Shown one piece after another: positions 1-14,947 of a DNA stretch of 64,000 nt. The stretch lies in NCBI GenBank assembly GCA_002245135.1, contig NGBS01000009.1, positions 62,001-126,000 of the forward strand, written 5' to 3'. The translations under genes were made by a program, and so were the position numbers. Within the stretch, counting starts at the first letter, position 1, and each line of letters starts with the position of its first letter. The stretch comes from Proteromonas lacertae (lineage: Eukaryota). The notes beneath the pieces were generated by a model. That model was not told where the DNA came from. It did no database searches and was given only the letters and a program-made list of their open reading frames with translations.

Positions 1-3000
1 ATAAAGATATAAAAACAACAAATATACCATAATATTTCTAATGATGTTGTTTTACCAGCTCCATTTGGTCCTAACAAGCCAAATATTTCATTTTCTTTTA
101 CTTTTAAACATAAATCTTTAACTGCAGTTTTTGTACTTCCTCTTGATTTAAATATTTTCTTTAAATTCTTTATATAGATCAAATCATCCTTTTCTACTCC
201 TTTCATCACAGAATCATTCAATTGTTTTATATCTTCATCCATATCATCATCTATATCTACTGTTGTAATTCCTTCTTTATCAACTAATTCAGAATATACT
301 TTTTCTTTAGAACAGGTAGGTAACTGTGGAAAATGTATATTATTGATATGAAAATATACTGTAGAATAATCATGAATCATTATAATCATCAATCCAATTA
401 TCAAAAGAATAGTGGAAATAATAAACATCCAATAGAAACATTGGTTAATCTGAAAATCACCATTAATTACATCACTTCCATACTAAAATGAAATATAAAA
501 ATAGAATTATACTGCAAGAAATCCAGTAACAATATGAGCAAAAGCAAATGGTGGTAATAACTGTAAAATAAGTGGATATTCTGTTTCACTAAAAAGAATA
601 TATATACTACAAATATATATACAATTCCATCACATTTGTAACAACAGCTGGAGCAATAAATATAATCAAAGCAAATGATCTTTGAAACTGCTTTACTTCT
701 TATTATTGAGGCAATGAAGAAAATAATACAAACTTGACAGTAAGACCATAAGAAATATGTCAAAAACATCCACAAATAATTCGCTGAATCATAAGCAATT
801 GAACCAACAATTTTACTATGTTTATATATATATATATAATTATTATACTTCAATATTAACAACAATATGCAACTTATAAATGGATAAATGAAACAATATA
901 TGGCATTACCAATAACATATGTTGAAAAATTCAAACCATGTAACTTCATTTGAGGCAATAATCTTCCATTCAATTCTTCAACTATAATTGATAAGCCTGG
1001 AGACATTAACATTAACATTGTTAAAATGGAGAAAACTGATTGTAATTTACCTCCTTCAGGATCATATAAAGGAATATGCTCAAAATCTGGAAATGTGTAA
1101 TATGAAACATCAATAAAACTATCATTTTCTTTATTTAACAGCTATAGAGATTATATTAACAACAAAAAATACTTTATATTGAGAAGCTAAGCCATTATCC
1201 ATCATATTTGCATATATGAATGAATCACATATTGAATATAATTTCAATGAATCAGAAGAGTAAGCATAATAACATTTTGAATCATAATCATTGGATGAAA
1301 TCTGTGTTGGATTCTTACGACTATTTAGATTATATTATAAACACTTATATATATACTAAATTGAATAATCAAAATCGATTCTATTGGATGATTGTTGTAT
1401 TCTGTCAAATTTTAATCCTCCAACTGGATAATTTTCATCCACAATTGAACAAAAATCATTAATTGAATCACAATTGACTTTATTATTTATTGTATTAATA
1501 CCAACTATATTATCTCCTAAAATATCATTGGAATATTTAAAATCAACTTTGAATTTTGTATCAGTATATTCTCCATCTAAATTATCATCAACAATACCAC
1601 TGAAATTCCATGAATCAATACTATCTTTTACAGCAGATGTATCTATTAATATCCTAACTGCATTATTGTCATGACAATTAGTAGATGAATATGCACTAAA
1701 TACAAAAAATATATTAATAAATATACGCTAAAGTACTCTTTATATTGACCCATTTAAATTCATTACGATCATTGTAATGACTATCACATTCGCTATACAT
1801 ATTATCAAACTCTCTTATAAAGTCATCAACATTACAATAATTATTGTGACCCTAATGAATATATACATATGATATGAAAATATATACTCTTCCTTTGCAT
1901 AATGGTGCATCATTGACTTTTGCTCCAACTAAAGCAGATACTAATACAAGAATAACAAAAAAAATAAAGGCACAACAATTACTTTTCTTTGATTTAAGTT
2001 GAATATGAATATTCTTATATAGAATTGCAGCTACTTGAGATGTACAAGTGATATGTGATTGTTTAACCACTGAATTAGCTATATTCATTGCTTTATGAGA
2101 AGTTGATTTTTGGTTTGTTAAATCTTCTTCATTCTTTTTATTGTTTATATCTTGATCTGGAACTCCATTACCATCACCACCTACTTCAATACTTCTACCT
2201 TCAGCGCAATATTGACATACTAAATCAGCTACACCAACACCAATACCATTAGATGTAAATAATGTGACAAAATCAGGTTTATGTCTATTGCATAATGGAC
2301 AAACCATTTCTTTATTCTCTTTATTTCCTTCTTCATTAATTGACTTATCTTTTGAAATTAATTTCATAAATACATCTTCCAATGTTGTACTACTAATACC
2401 CCATTCTTTGATGCCTTTATATGTTTCATTTAAGTCTTTGAGAAAATCTGATAAATGTAACAACAAATTAGTTGGAATTGATATTTCTAAAGTTCCCATT
2501 TTATCATATACTACACTTGCACCAACAAAATGTCTTTTCACTATTACATTCAACTCTTTCACATATTCTTTACTGCAAGTAATTCTAATCAAATAACCAC
2601 TACCAAAATGATTCTTCAAATATAACGGAGTTCCACTTGCTCTAACTCTTCCATCACTCAATACACAGATTTTATCTCCCAAAACATCAGCTTCTTCCAT
2701 TGAGTGAGTAGTCAATAATATAATCTTATTATTCTTTGTTCTTTCAATTAAATCCCATATCATTCTTCTACTTACTGGATCCATTCCAGTTGTTGGTTCA
2801 TCTAAGAATATTATTGATGGATCACCAACTAATGCTAAACCTAATGACAACCTTCTTTTCATTCCACCACTAAATGTTGTTGCATAATGATTTCTTTCAT
2901 TTGATAAATTTATTTCATCTAATAATTTCGATGTTCTATAATCATGTCTGCTTCGAGGAATTCTATGGAATATACACATCAATCTGATATGTTCTTCAGC

Positions 3001-4890
3001 TGTTAATACATCCCATAATCGATCAAATTGTGGACAAATTCCAATTATACTTTGAATCAGACCAACTTCAGTTCTAATATCACAACCATTGATAAATGCA
3101 TTACCAAATGTGAGGTTCAATTGACCTGATAAGATTGAGATTAATGTTGTTTTTCCACTTCCATTTTGCCCTAATAAAGCTGTACATTTTCCATTTTCAA
3201 ATACTTGACTTACTTCTTTCAAAGCTCTAACTGTTCCAAATGATTTTGACAATTTGTGAATGATTATACTTCTTTCATCATTTGATTGTTTCTGTAACTT
3301 AGCTAATGTATCACCTTCATTCACTTGTTGATTATTATTAGCATTTTTATCCCAATATGATCTTTTAAACATAAAGAATAATCCTTTTCTTGCACCTTGA
3401 GAATTATCCAATGATTGACTAATATACCAAGTAAATACTAAAAGAATCAATGAAATTAGAAATTCAAACAAAAAAATGTTTGAGCATTTCACTGCTTCTA
3501 ATTCATTCACTTCTTCAAGTGAAAGATCTGACCAATGAAATTGAATTAACGACTTTGCACTACCTCCTGAATGAATAACTGTCATAAAATTATAAATGAG
3601 AGTTATATAATGATATGATGGGAATATGACAAGTACGATTTTCATTCCAAAGTTACCATTATAACTATATATATATATATATATGGTGATATATATATAC
3701 AACTTGGTAAAAACCCCATAAGCTCCTGCATTAAATGAAACAGTAAAGATCAATAATCCAATTCTATAAATGTAATATATTACAATATAAATATACAAAA
3801 CATAATTAATTCTTGCAGACTTATCAATAAAACTACAAAAGAATGAACCATACGAAAAGAACATCAACATTGTTAAGAAATATGTAACAAATGAAACACT
3901 AAAATCAACATATTTAAACACATCCATATTACATATAAAACCTAAAGCAATTGTAATAAGAGCAATTAATGCAGATAAAATAACAGATAATATAAAATAG
4001 GAGATCCAATAAGCGCTTTCATGCAATCCAATCATTCTCAATGTTTTTAATAATTCATTCTCTTTTTCATACAAAATGTAATTCATATAAACTGATAAAT
4101 TTAATATCATTCCACAGCAAAGTACCAAACCACAAGCCATTACACAGATTGTATAGTCTTTCGAATATGCACTATTATCTTTACTACTAGATAATGATTT
4201 CATTTTCATCAATGATGGATTAATTGAAATTTCCTTTCCTGAAGAAAAAGACATTATTGCACTATCTATTGTCGCCTAAAATAGATAATAATAAACAATA
4301 ATAAAATACAGTCAACTTAAGTGTGATAGAACTAACACCATTTCTTTCATATCCCTCTTCTACATGGTTAAAAGCATCTCCTATATTTGTTGTTGTATTG
4401 TAATATAAATTGTATTTGGTATTACTATCGAATTCTACAATATTTCTTAACTTTCCTGGGTTATTGAAAAGGTATTCTAAGGCTACTTTTTTATTCTCAA
4501 ATATTGTATTTGAAATTCCATTCTTGTTCATATAAGAGGATGTATAATTCACAATTTCATCATTTTTGCGATCTTCATTATAAAATAGTCCAACAAATGT
4601 GCAATACTCTAAAAAATATCAGATGGAACATATATACGATTTATTTTTAAGTTCAAAGCATTGTAAATGTTACAATTGTAAAAATCAGCTCTAACTAGCT
4701 TTGCTTCAGGAGCAGAATAACTATAATGTTAATATAAACTATACCTAATAGTTGTTATCAAATAAGTAACAATTGTTGACAAAATTGGGAAGATTAGGAA
4801 GTAAATGGAACTTGTCCATTTTCTGTAGAATATCTTAAATGATTTATGCAATAAGCATAAAAATTGATTAGCCCAATTAACAATATACAT
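1..4890 (-). CDS. Full-size ABCA-family ABC transporter, multi-exon, 3' end runs off the window start
   Basis: NBD1 has GQNGSGKTT, FSGGMKRRL and LDEPTTGMD. A second TMD follows, then NBD2 Walker A GPNGAGKTT at about 45-75. Exons join through ~30-nt GT-AG introns; one +1 disruption near 674. Confidence 0.93.
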
Positions 4891-5941
4891 GAATTGATAG
4901 GAATATTGATAAGAAAATTGAAAATAAAAATAAAAAACAAAAATATTGTTTCATGAAACGATCAAATATTGTTTTGATAATGTTAAAACAATGTTCTACA
5001 ACATTTTCATTAAATAGATATAATATGATAATGACTATAATGTTTAAATAATGTCTTGTTTTTACTCTTTACATTCTATATACACGTATTGTCTTTGATA
5101 ATATAATCAACATATTCTATTCGTTTCTTTCATATAAGTCATATATCACTACTCCAAATAATCCAACCAAAACATTTATCTGTACTATATCTCAATAGTG
5201 TATCCAGATTTTAAAAAAATACATAAACTTAATTCTGTTTTCTAAACAATTAAAATAGTTACATTTGTTTTAAAACTGTTTGAACATACTAAGAGTGTGT
5301 GATACTTCCATTTTTCTACACTTCTTGGTTGATTTAAGTAAAATTGAAAGTAACATAATTCAATAAATAATATAATAGAATTTATAAAGAGATTATTACT
5401 TCTTTTAATTTTTAGTATTTCTGACTGTCAATTACACAAACAGAAATTTCTAGAATTCTTTATCATCATATTCTTCAGATGATGAATAAATATAATATTA
5501 AACTTAAATATATCAATAGTTCACATTATTCTCAACAATTTATGATAATGTTTATGTAATGTAGAAATAAAATGTCATACCACTGTTGTGGACAAAATAG
5601 TGTAATATCTGTTAATTTTAAGGTGAATAGAGTATATCTCAAGCTAGTCACTAGTTTTTAATTCAAATTAGCTTATCTACCGAGATAATTGAGTAGTATT
5701 GGTATGTTTAAATATTTGGTAAGTGGTGATTATAATATTATTGTTTATTTTACACAATAATTTATGATCATCTACATTATGGTGTTTAGAATTGCGTATA
5801 TCATCATAATAGTTGAAATATATAGCTCATATTCCATTACTGTTTAGAAATGAAATGAAATATCATGTGTTTTATAAAAAGTCGTTTCAAACCTTTATTT
5901 TTTTTTATTAGTTGTTTTATAACAGTTAACAAAAATCAAAT

Positions 5942-8900
5942 ATGAAAAGATCCTTTGTATCAACAGTTGTGTGTATGATTATTATTATTATTATTTAATA
6001 GTACTATGCATGGCAAGTTGTTCTTGTGCTTTGACATTCGATTATGAAGATATGCATCCTTTTTATGTGGTAAGAAGTGTAATTACCGAAAATAAACCAA
6101 ACCCTCCAAAAGAAGGATCATACACTGTTTCACCAGACTTACCAGATGGTTTATCACTTGATTCAAAGACAGGATATATTTCCGGAATTCCAACAGTTCA
6201 ATCTTGGACAAGTCATACAATTGTTTATAATGCAGGTCAAGATGATCAAGCATCATGCATATTGATGATAGTCTGTATATTTATCAATTATATATATAAT
6301 TTGACTAGGTATGTCTGCTCCTGTTGTAAATTGTGGTGTATCAAAACTAACAACAGTCTCTCTTATTAATACAGTTATTACTTGTACTTCAACAGGTGAT
6401 GCTTCCGATGATAGTTGGTCAATGACACCCAAAGAAATCCGAGGTGTTACTCAAGATGGTTCCTCTTTGACATTTCGAAATTTCAATCCTCAAACTAACA
6501 TGAAAATTACTATTGAAGCTAGAAATGATGCTGGAACTGGAAGTTTTGACATTGATATTGTTAAAGTAGAGAATCCTGAATTAAAGGATGGTATATTTGT
6601 AACATTTTATGATTTGGAGACAACGAAATGTGATAATTATTATGATGGTATCCCTACATATGAATTTCCATTTGAAGTTCCAATGAATAATTTAGATAAC
6701 TTAACCAATTATGAAAGTTGGATTCAAAAAATGCAAGTATCACCTTGGGGTATAATAACAACATTTAATGGTACAATGGATGGATTTATCAATATTGAAA
6801 CAGCTGGTGATTATACCTTTTATATGCAAACTGGTAATGAAATGAATGCTAGAGTGTTTATTGATGATGTTGAAGTATTATCTGATTGGAGTGAATGTAA
6901 ACCATGGAATGATGATCCAATGAAGAAAACAGTGAAATTAGAAAGTGGTTATAGAAGAGTGATAGTAGATTTTATGGGAGGTGAAGGATTAGATTTCAAA
7001 TTTGTATTAGATTATTCCACTGCAGGAAGTAGTATAAGAAAAACCATTCCATTTAAATATTGTATATATATATATATTGTTTATTATCTGAATAGATTAT
7101 TCGAATTTTAATCCAGTAATGTTTCTATCTGCTGATACTGCCGAAGTTAGTTGGAAATTAGATGCCTTTAGTTTAACTCCAATACATGTATCAAAAGGTA
7201 AAGCTGAAAGTTGTTGGATAAGTAATAATGTTGAATTACCAGAGGGATCTGAAGTAACAGTGAGTGGTATAACAGGTCATCCAGCAATCTATGATGGATT
7301 ATACAGAAGTTAAAATCAAATGTAAAAATCAAGACAGTGAAACAAATGAAATAGCCTTGAAACTTCGTGTTACAGATACTGTAGTTAATGGAGTAAGAGC
7401 TTATTATTACAAACCTTATAATTTCGATACTAGTTTAAATACAAAATATGGTCCAGAAGTTGATGGTATTGATCCATTATATATTCAAAAACAAGATCAA
7501 CCATTCATTCAAGAAATTCAAGAAAAACCTCATCCTGAAGGACTAAGTATAGAAATTCTTGATGATTATGGTGTTTATTGGGAAGGTTATCTTCATCCAT
7601 TACCACAGGATTTAGGATTAAACAATTTCAAAGTTATTGCAGATGGTGGTTATTGGGTTTGTTTTAATCATAAAGAAGTATTAGCTAAGCCAGGAAGAAA
7701 TACAATTGAAGATGAATGATTCTTTGATTTTAATATGACTGATGATGATTATTTGGTTCAGATTTATTTTGTTTCACATAATGGTCATGCATCTTTTCTC
7801 CTATCTAAAAAATTAAATACACAAACTGAAGAACAATACAGTGATTTTCTTCCTTTCAGATATGTTCCAGTAAATGATTATTTCCTAATGACTCAAAGTA
7901 CAGCGACATATCTTAATGGTCAAACAGTAGAGAATCAAGCAATTCCAGTTGAAAGTTTTGGATGTAAAGGAATAAGTGTTGATCCACCATTACCCAATGG
8001 TTTAGTTGCACATTGTTTACCAAGTTCATATATGCCTGTAGTTATTAGCTCATAAAATCAAAGTTACAAGTACACTTGATAAATCTATTTCAACTACTAT
8101 CTATATATCTGTGAAAAGTATAATTCATTTATTTTTATTATCTTAAATAGCTGTTCAATCACCAGCAGATTTTTATGTAATAGATCTTCAAACTGGAAAA
8201 GAATATACTGATTCAATATTCTTAGTTGTAGGTGAATTCTATGATCTTCAATTCCATGTGAAATCTGGTTATGCAATTGAATTTAGAGCTGAGAATATTC
8301 CAGTTGGTTTTACATATGATTGGAAATCATCAACTCTTTCAGGAAGTCCAAGAGAAAAATTAAATACAAAAGTGACGAGTAACTGCAGTTGTTCTTCCTT
8401 CTGATGGTGATAATAAACAATTTGAATTTGGAATAAAAGCTGAAGGTGGATGTGAAAGTGGGAAAAGACATTCCTTCCATTTCAGTAATGATTTTGTTGA
8501 TAATGGTCAATATTTAATGTTAAGAGTAACAGCTTCAAATGGTACAATAGTTTTAAATAAATATGAAAAGAACACAGTTAGTTTACCTCGAACTTACAGT
8601 ATGTGTCTTCCAGTAGATACTTATACAATATATATAAGTGGAATGTTTGATTATGTATTTACTGTTTACAATGATGGTGTAAGAATCTATCGATATACTG
8701 GTGATTTTCCTGTTACTGATTCTCATACAGTTGTACTTAACACAGGTATATATTATTTAATTATATGTAATTGAATAGATCCTGTTGAACCTAATTTTAA
8801 ATATATTACCAATAATGCAACCTATTATCAAGGTAATCAAATCCTATTAATTCCAACAATAGAAACATTTGTTGATTATTTCACTATTACTCCTTCAGCA

Positions 8901-11900
8901 TTACCAAGAGGTATTAGATTCAACAATATAACAGGAAGAATATATGGAACAGCTCGTTTTATTACTAATGCAACAACATATACAATCACAGCTATAAATG
9001 ATAAAGGTCGAAAGAGTGTAGAAATGATAATACATATAATTCCTGATACTCAAGAAGATGATTGTGAAAATGCAGGAAAATTCTTGATTGGATTAACCTT
9101 AGCTGTAGGAAAAGAATATGATAGACCAGCTTATCAATTAATCAATTCAAAAGATGAAGTTGTATTTGAAAGAGTAGATAATACATTTACTGAAAACTCA
9201 ATAAACAGTATAAAGATGTGTATAACAAAAGGATGGTATACATTGAGATTGATTGATATAAGTGGAGGTGGTTGGGGAAATTCCAATATGACAATCTATG
9301 CAGGTAATTCCATAATTGGTAGATATACTGTGTCTTATACTGATAATGGTGAAGTAAATATAACAACTGATTGTATATATTAATTGTTTTATAATTTCTA
9401 TAGTTACATATTTGATGGATACTCGAACACAATGGCAATATAATCGACAATATGTTCCAAATTGGGAATTTAAGAACTTCACTTTAACATGGCCAACATC
9501 ACCAATAACAACATTGGCTCAACCTCCACTTACTATGCCAACATATTATTTGAGATATCCATTTATCATTCCCAAATTATGACAAATATTCAGGTTATTT
9601 CCTTCGAATTAAACATAGATCTGGTGTAATTGTCAGAGTAAATGGAAGAGTAATATTCAGAGATAATTTACCAGTTGGTGATGTCAATGAAAATACTCCA
9701 GGAGATACTGCTTATGAAAGAGCGAGAGAAGAGAATTTCATATTACCAATCGATGATTTAAATGAAACAGCAATAATAACTTATGAAATTCATAAAAGTC
9801 CAACGGATGATAATTTCCCAAATGAAGATAGATTTTTTATATTCCCATTAGATGGAGATAATGATGAAGATTGTATTTTAGTTACACTTTATGGTGGAAG
9901 TGTAAGTGATTCATCTAGTAAAAGTTTTGGTAAATATGAATCATCTTTTGCTCATGCAGCATTTGATTTATCAGTTGAATCATCATGGGATGATTATTAT
10001 GGAGCAGTAGATGGTTATTCCTATGCTGATTATACATTTGGTAGTAATAATCATTTCGCCTTTAATCAATTCACAATGAGAGCTGGTACTAGTGCAACAA
10101 ACACATTATCCAATGAAAGTGTCATTAACAGGTACAACAGATACATCGACAGTGTCGATTGGTTCATTAGATCCAGTAAATTATTTCATAACAAAGAAAT
10201 ATACACCAGGAAGAGCAACCTTCAACGTAGATCCTTATACATTATATAAAAGTGTAAGAATTGATATACCCAAATCAAACCAATATGATTATGTTAATAA
10301 AGGAATGGAAGTGAGAGAAATTGGATATCATTTATGTCGTACAAAGAAGTGTGCAAGAAATTCCATTGAAAATCTTCCAGAAGGAATATCCAATACATTT
10401 TTTAAAACAAATTGTTCAAAGCCTGATTCTGCTGGTGAAAGATATTTTTATTGTTCAAACTTTGCTTTATGGATTGAAGCAAATTCTACTTGTGGAGATC
10501 CACCAAAATTCATTAATTCAGTAACAACAGCATATTTAGATGCTGGAGTTGCTTATGTAGATGAATCAATATATGAAGTAACAGGAAATCCAACATTTTA
10601 TAGTTATTCATGTTCTGATTGTGAATCAGGTAAGTTTATTCCTGGATTGTTCTACAATCCGTTAACTGGTTTAATATCAGGAACTGCTTATAAAGGAGCT
10701 ACTTATTCAATTAAGTTTACTGCTAGAAATAGCTATGGATCTGGTGAAATAACAATGACAGTAGTTGTTCGATCTTCTAATGATATTATCATATATGAAT
10801 ATAAACCAACAGTATCATTTAATCTTTATGCAGAATTAAATGAACAAATATTTTGGGTAGAAAGTAGTTCACCTGTGAGTTATACTGTTGATTTACTTCC
10901 GCTTGGTTTAACAATAGATTCTTCAACTGGTTTTATTAAAGGAAAATCAACAAGACCAGGAAAGACGATAAGTCTATTCACTATTTCCAACACAGCTGGA
11001 AAATCAACAACAAGAACTGTTGAAATTACTATTGCATTACCTAATGAACCAATAATGGTTGAATCTGTAGATAAATTAGATTTAGTCTATATGATGGATT
11101 ATGATAATCAATATCCAATATTATGTTATTCAAATCCCTTAACTTATAGCATTGATAAGAATTTACCAGCCAGTTTAACTTACAATGCAACAACAGGTGC
11201 AATGAAAGGAAAAGTAACCGCTTCAGCTCAATCAGCAGTTAGCTACAAATTCTCTTGTACAGGTAAAAGTCAAACAGTTTCAAAAGATATTTTAGTATCA
11301 GTAATTCAAGGTGATGATATTCCAGTTGTAATTAGTCAAAATGAATCTGTAATCTTAACAACAGGGCAAGAATTATTTAATGAGAGATTCTTTACAGTGA
11401 GTGGATCAAATTTAGTTTATTCAATTACTCCCACATTACCAAGTGGAATAACAATGGATTCTAAAACAGGAACATTTAGTGGTTATGGCAAAGTAGATAC
11501 TCAAAATACAACTTATACAATCAATGTATCTAATGGTAAAAACTCAATTCAGATTAAAATGTTAATAGTAGTAGTAAAAAGTGAAAAACCAGTAATTCCT
11601 GATTCAACAGTAAAGAAAGATATAGAAGTAGCAACAGGAACAATGGTGTCAATACAATTATTTGATGCAGTTGGAGATGGTTTATCAGTATCAATAAATC
11701 CGCTATTACCTGATGGTTTTATAATATCTGCTTCTGGATATTTACAAGGACTTTCAGTGGTTGATGTTGCAAAACAAGATTATGTAATAACAGTAACAGA
11801 TTCAAATGGAAAATCAGCAAGTGTAACAATCAAATTAGAGTTTAAAGCAAAGAAATGTCCAGCTAATGATGGTTTTCCTGAAACTCTAGTAGGTGATCAA

Positions 11901-12176
11901 GCAGTAATAAAATGTGGAGGAGGTCGATCTGGTTTTATAATGAGAAGATGTATTTATGTAGATGGGAATGCAATCTGGGAAAGTCCAATTGATGAATGTT
12001 CAGGAAGTACAACAGGTGCTTTAGTTGGAATAATAATTGGTTGTATAATATTGGGAGGAGTTGTATTCTTAGGAGGTTATTGTATTTACGTCAGAGTAGG
12101 TGGAAGAACAAAACATGTTCGAAAAACAGCTGAACAAATGGTTGATGCTTCAAAAGATGCTGGTGTAAGAATTTAA
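5942..12176 (+). CDS. Large type-I membrane surface protein with putative Ig (He_PIG-like) repeats and PA14-like domains; frame-disrupted as assembled
   Basis: Spliced N-terminus MKRSFVSTVVLLCMASCSCA resembles a signal peptide. Repeated LPxGLxxDxxTGxISG motifs, PA14-like segments (GFINIETAGDYTF; YGVYWEGYL) and a C-terminal TM helix. Five +1 shifts and one in-frame TGA (7717-7719). Confidence 0.8.
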
Positions 12177-12433
12177 ACATTCTGTAAATTACTTCTAAAT
12201 AATAATTTCATGTTATATGGATATTTTGATTTTTACTCTAAGTGTATAAAAAAAGAGAAAAATGAAGAAAAAAAGTGAAAAAAAGTTTGAGTGGAGTAAG
12301 AAGCGTAACCAACTCCTCTCTTACTTTTTTTTACTTTCGTTTGCTTAGACAACTTGCATATGAGTGATTTTTGTAGTTTCATTATAGATAAATCATTTTT
12401 ACTGTTACATTTTAAGATTTTCATCGAAAGAAG

Positions 12434-14674
12434 ATGATATTTAGTAAATATATAAGTGATAATGGGTATATTCTTTGTGTATAGATGTTATAGGATGATA
12501 TTTGATGCAGTTGACATTGGTTTAGGTGATTTAGTGTTAGAATTAGGTAATGGAGATAAAGTGAATGTCGTAAAATCAATGATGTGTTACAGTAATGAGA
12601 CATTCAGAAAATTGATATGTGACACTCAGTGTGAAAATCCACTCAAAATCGCCAATGCAGTATCTAAAGACAGTTTATGTATGTTAATTAAGTATTATGG
12701 AGGAGGTAGAATAGATATAAATGATGAAAATGTTAGTGATTTATTAATTTAATGTTTATTCTATAATGAGAAAGAGTTATTATGTAAACTATGTAAATAT
12801 TGTATTAATCATCTAAATTTGAAGACTGTGGAATGTATATTAAACAATTTGGAGTTGTTCAAAACTGAAATAACCAAAGAATTGATGATGAAAAGTAAAG
12901 AGTTTATAAAGCACAATTGTATTTATTTATTATCAAAAGAAGAGATAATGACAATATCTATCGATGGAATAAAAGAAATCCTCTTAACAAATGATCTAGT
13001 ATTGAACAATGAAAATCAAATATTATATGGATTAATAGAATATTATAAACAAAAACAATATGAAATAGAGAGTATAATATAATAAAATATAATTTAATAG
13101 ATAATAAAGAAAAAAAAGACCAGTTTGAAGAATTATTTAAATATGTGAATTGGGAAAATGCAATAATCAAACCAAAATTATTTAAAGAATTTAAATTTTT
13201 AAGCCAAATAATGGAGATAGTTTCAGAATTACCAGATAATCCAATCAATCGTGAATATTATCCAATTCCAGAAATATCTAATCCGAAATTATCAAAATAT
13301 TTATATAAATACTGTTTTAATCCAAATCCATTACTGAATGATGAAAGTATTTACAATGAAATAGATGGAAAAGATATAACTGAAGAAGATGTGAATAGAA
13401 CATTAAATTCATCAAATTTGAGATTAGTGAAAATTATAATTATAACGCTAAACAAATGCAAGAATCAAATCAAAAGTATATATATATGAATTGTTTTAAT
13501 ACTTTAAATAGTTGACGGAAGAATAGCAGCAGATGTTCTAACTCAAATAGTAAGTGAATACAACAAGTTTGAAACAAGCAGAAATAGAAAATAATCTTAC
13601 ATTAAAATCACTTCTATATTTCCTAAATGATGAAATAATTACTGGGATAAACAACATGTATGGACATAAAATATTGTTTGATATTGTCAATATTAATCCA
13701 TTGTCACCTAATACTATCAGTTTAATATCATCAAATATGAAGAGATTAAAGATATTAGAAGATGAAAAAGTAAAAGAAGAAATGAGAGAAATAATAAAAG
13801 ATGAAATAGTTCAAAAAATACTACTAAATCCTTTAACATATTTTAAATATTCTTCCGATAGAATTTATTTCGATTTTAATGGAAGATAAATCAATAAAAT
13901 GTGAACATGATGGAGATGATTGTGAATTTTCAATTTATCCAAATGTTACTGATGGTTTAATATTAAACAAGAAAACTGGAGAAATTATTGTAACTCCTTA
14001 TCTTAAATCATCAATATTTGAATATGAAATAAAATGTAAACAATTCTACATTGAAAAGACTTTCAAAATGTTAATAATTAATTATGTTTTTATAGATGAT
14101 TATTGTACTGTTGGAATGACAATTGATAATAATGGTAAAACAATAAAAGGTGATAATAATAATTATGGTCATTGTTATTTGAATGTAAAACTGGAAAAAA
14201 GGTGTTTATAGTATTAAATACAAAACAATATTTAATGGATGTAATAGACCAGGATTTGGTGTTTCAACAGTTAATAACTATAATGGGGAAAAGATTTATG
14301 AAGATGAAAATTCTTTATCCATTTATACAGCTGTAATATCAGATAATATTAATTCAACAACTACAACAACAGCAACTGGTGGTTTTTTAAGTTCAACTTC
14401 TAAAGCAAGAATGAAGGTTGCTCGATTTGTTCAGGAAACTAGTAAATTATTTGGTTCAAATCAAGTAACAAATCCAAATTATACTTATAATAATGGAGAT
14501 ATTTATGAATTGATATATGATATGGATAAAAGAAAAATCTTCAATAAAGCAAAATGATGGAGAAGAAGTTATAATATTTGAAAATATTCCATCTCCATTA
14601 TATCCTTTTGTCTTTGTTGATAATGCAAGAGATATATTCTCAAACTATCAGTACAGTATAGAAATAATCAATTA
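12434..14674 (+). pseudogene. BTB/BACK + Ig-like + SPRY-like protein, disrupted (pseudogene or assembly errors)
   Basis: BTB/BACK-like motifs (IDINDENVSDLL; ILLTNDLVLNNENQI) and a SPRY-like end (IFENIPSPLYPFV). In-frame TAA at 12750-12752 and four +1 shifts. Confidence 0.65.
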
Positions 14675-14947
14675 ATCAAATATATAAATAACTATTATTA
14701 TTTTATATAAAACTATTTTGATATGTAAAAGTTTTGTAAATTCAACATTGTTTATTAAGAAATTATCAATGATTAACCTAAAATAAAGATAAACTACATT
14801 CAAAAGTATATCCCATATCACAATAACCAAGCAAACATTATATTTAGCTCATTTCTCACTCTAGATTTTAAAATACAAGCAGTTACATTTTTTAAATAAA
14901 GCTTGAAAAGTTTGAATTTTTGAAAATCCGTTATATACAATTTCTTG

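Noticed and set aside
4891..5941. 1-kb intergenic region as a possible mobile element or second micro-exon gene
   Set aside because: No terminal repeats, ORF or periodic ag|NNN|gt pattern was seen; the same holds for 20061-21202.
7717..12752. Stop-codon reassignment suggested by in-frame TGA (7717) and TAA (12750)
   Set aside because: Only two cases, both in otherwise disrupted genes. TAA, TAG and TGA all terminate intact genes, and conserved genes contain no in-frame stops.
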